DNA of 64,000 nt from positions 1 to 64,000 of the forward strand of contig JAXLNO010003043.1 of NCBI GenBank assembly GCA_038087875.1, read 5' to 3'. This DNA comes from Malacoraja senta (Eukaryota). The first letter of the stretch is position 1. Each line of letters starts with the position of its first letter. Made by a program: the position numbers and the translations under genes. Shown one piece after another: positions 62,476 to 64,000 of the stretch. A model generated the notes under the pieces. The model ran no database searches. It saw nothing but the letters and a program-made list of their open reading frames with translations, and was not told where the DNA came from.

Positions 62476-63437
62476 ATGCCTTTTCTGGGACGAGGACTGT
62501 CTGAGCATACTGCGGACATGCTTACGGCAGCCTGGAGGAAGAGCACTCAAAAACAGTACCTTTCTTATATTAAGAAATGGGAAGAGTTCTGGGTACAAAA
62601 GAATGTGCAATAAAGTACTGCAGATATTTCAAATGTTTAGAATTTCTGTCAAAACTTTATTATGATGAAGGTCTGAGTTGTAATGCAATTAATTCAGCCA
62701 GAAGTGCATTGTCCTCATATTTGGTTCTGGATTCAGAAAGAAACTCAATTGGGTCACACCCAATTGTTTCCAGACTAATGAAAGGAATCTTTAATTCCAA
62801 ACCACCGAAACCTAGGTACGTGCAATCTGGGATGTAAGTGTGGTACTGAAACTACTTTGTGATGGTTATCAAGTGTGTCTTTACCTTTGGTCAAGCTCAG
62901 TATGAAAGAATTCATGTTTATGGCATGAGTGACAGCACAACGAGTGCAAACACTTGGAAAATTACAAATAGACAGTATGGAAGTAACTGAAGACAAGGTT
63001 ACATTCTATATCTATGACCTAATAAAGCAAATTAGGCCAGGTGTGACAGGATTTAAAATTATGCTGGCAGCATATCCAAATGATCCATGTCTCTGTATTA
63101 AGACATATTTATTACAATACATTGAGGTCACAAAGAATTTGAGAATACGGAAACTGGGTTTTTGATCACACGCAAGAAACCACACAAGAGAGTTTCAATA
63201 CAGACTATTTCCAGATGGATAAAAGAAGTCTTAACAGCTGCTGGTATTAACACTTATGTTTTTACGTCTCACTCGTCTAGGGCAGCAGAAATGTCGGCGG
63301 CCAGGGCAAAAGACGGCCCCGTCGACCATATCCTCGCAGCCGCCTGGTGGTCCAATGAGTTGATGTTTCAACATTTTTACCATCGGCCTATTGTTAATGC
63401 GGGGTTGTTTGCAGAAACTATTTTAAGTTCTGTGTAA
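62476..63437 (+). pseudogene. DIRS tyrosine recombinase, frameshifted
   Basis: AQRVQTL (R), HSSRAA (HxxR), WS..FQHFYHRP (catalytic Y). Confidence 0.9.
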
Positions 63438-64000
63438 ATTCCTCTGGTTTAAAGGGGATCTGATTCATTTCATTCTTGAAATGAATTACTGCATTTGTGG
63501 TACAAATGTTATTATGAATGCATGATTGATTATTCTCGTTCCGAGTCAATCTATGCAGTGAGAAGCCGGGATTGATCCACGGCATGAAATCACAAAGCTT
63601 TAAAATCTTCACGTGACTCCGAAGTAAAATAGTAAGATTAAACGAGAACTTACCTAAGTTTGAAGTTTGATCTTTATTTTATGAGGAGTTACGTAGGTGA
63701 TTACGTGCCCACCACGACCCTACCCTCTATCATAAAGGTCAGATGGAAGTTCTTGTCTTACTCGTTTTAGTATGAGACTATATTACTTCGGTTGTTGTTT
63801 TTTGTGATTTCACACCGCTGCTTTGAAGATTGACGCGCAGGCGCACTGGCGGGGTTCTTCACGTAATCACCTACGTAACTCCTCATAAAATAAAGATCAA
63901 ACTTCAAACTTAGGTAAGTTCTCGTTTAATCTTACTATTAATCAGGCACTTTCAATCTGCTGCTCTAACACTAAAAATTCTGATGGTGAATAACAACTAA

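Larger units (their letters stand above)
58780..63939 (+). mobile_element. Full-length DIRS1-type tyrosine-recombinase retrotransposon, decayed by frameshifts
   Basis: ITRs (58807-58841 vs 63831-63865), ICR 63609-63707, ATT at both ends, gag-like ORF, RT, RNase H, methyltransferase-like and YR domains. Confidence 0.95.

Overview
Vertebrate genomic DNA, almost certainly from a cartilaginous fish (skate/ray-like; inferred from the Ig sequence and repeat content), with five N-gaps. The core is a complete, unrearranged IgM heavy-chain cluster on the minus strand (39598->26075): leader, one VH, D1, D2, one JH, Cmu1-4 with secretory tail, TM1 and TM2. I traced all exons, splice sites and RSSs (V23 / 12-D1-22 / 12-D2-12 / 23-J) by hand, and all frames are open. 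Two substitutions stand out: Leu at the VH conserved Trp41 and YC instead of YS in the TM CART motif. Left of the cluster are a frameshifted C2H2 zinc-finger pseudogene, a CpG-island promoter with tandem E-box/CRE units, and a nested pile of transposons (HERO-like RLE retrotransposon, an L1 with a 68-bp target duplication, CR1 LINEs, a hAT element, Penelope fragments with minimal hammerhead-ribozyme motifs). Right of it are mostly CR1/L2/Penelope/SINE relics, a Harbinger-type MITE and a full-length but decayed DIRS tyrosine-recombinase retrotransposon with intact ITR/ICR ends. TE coordinates without a TSD or TIR are approximate. No database searches were run.
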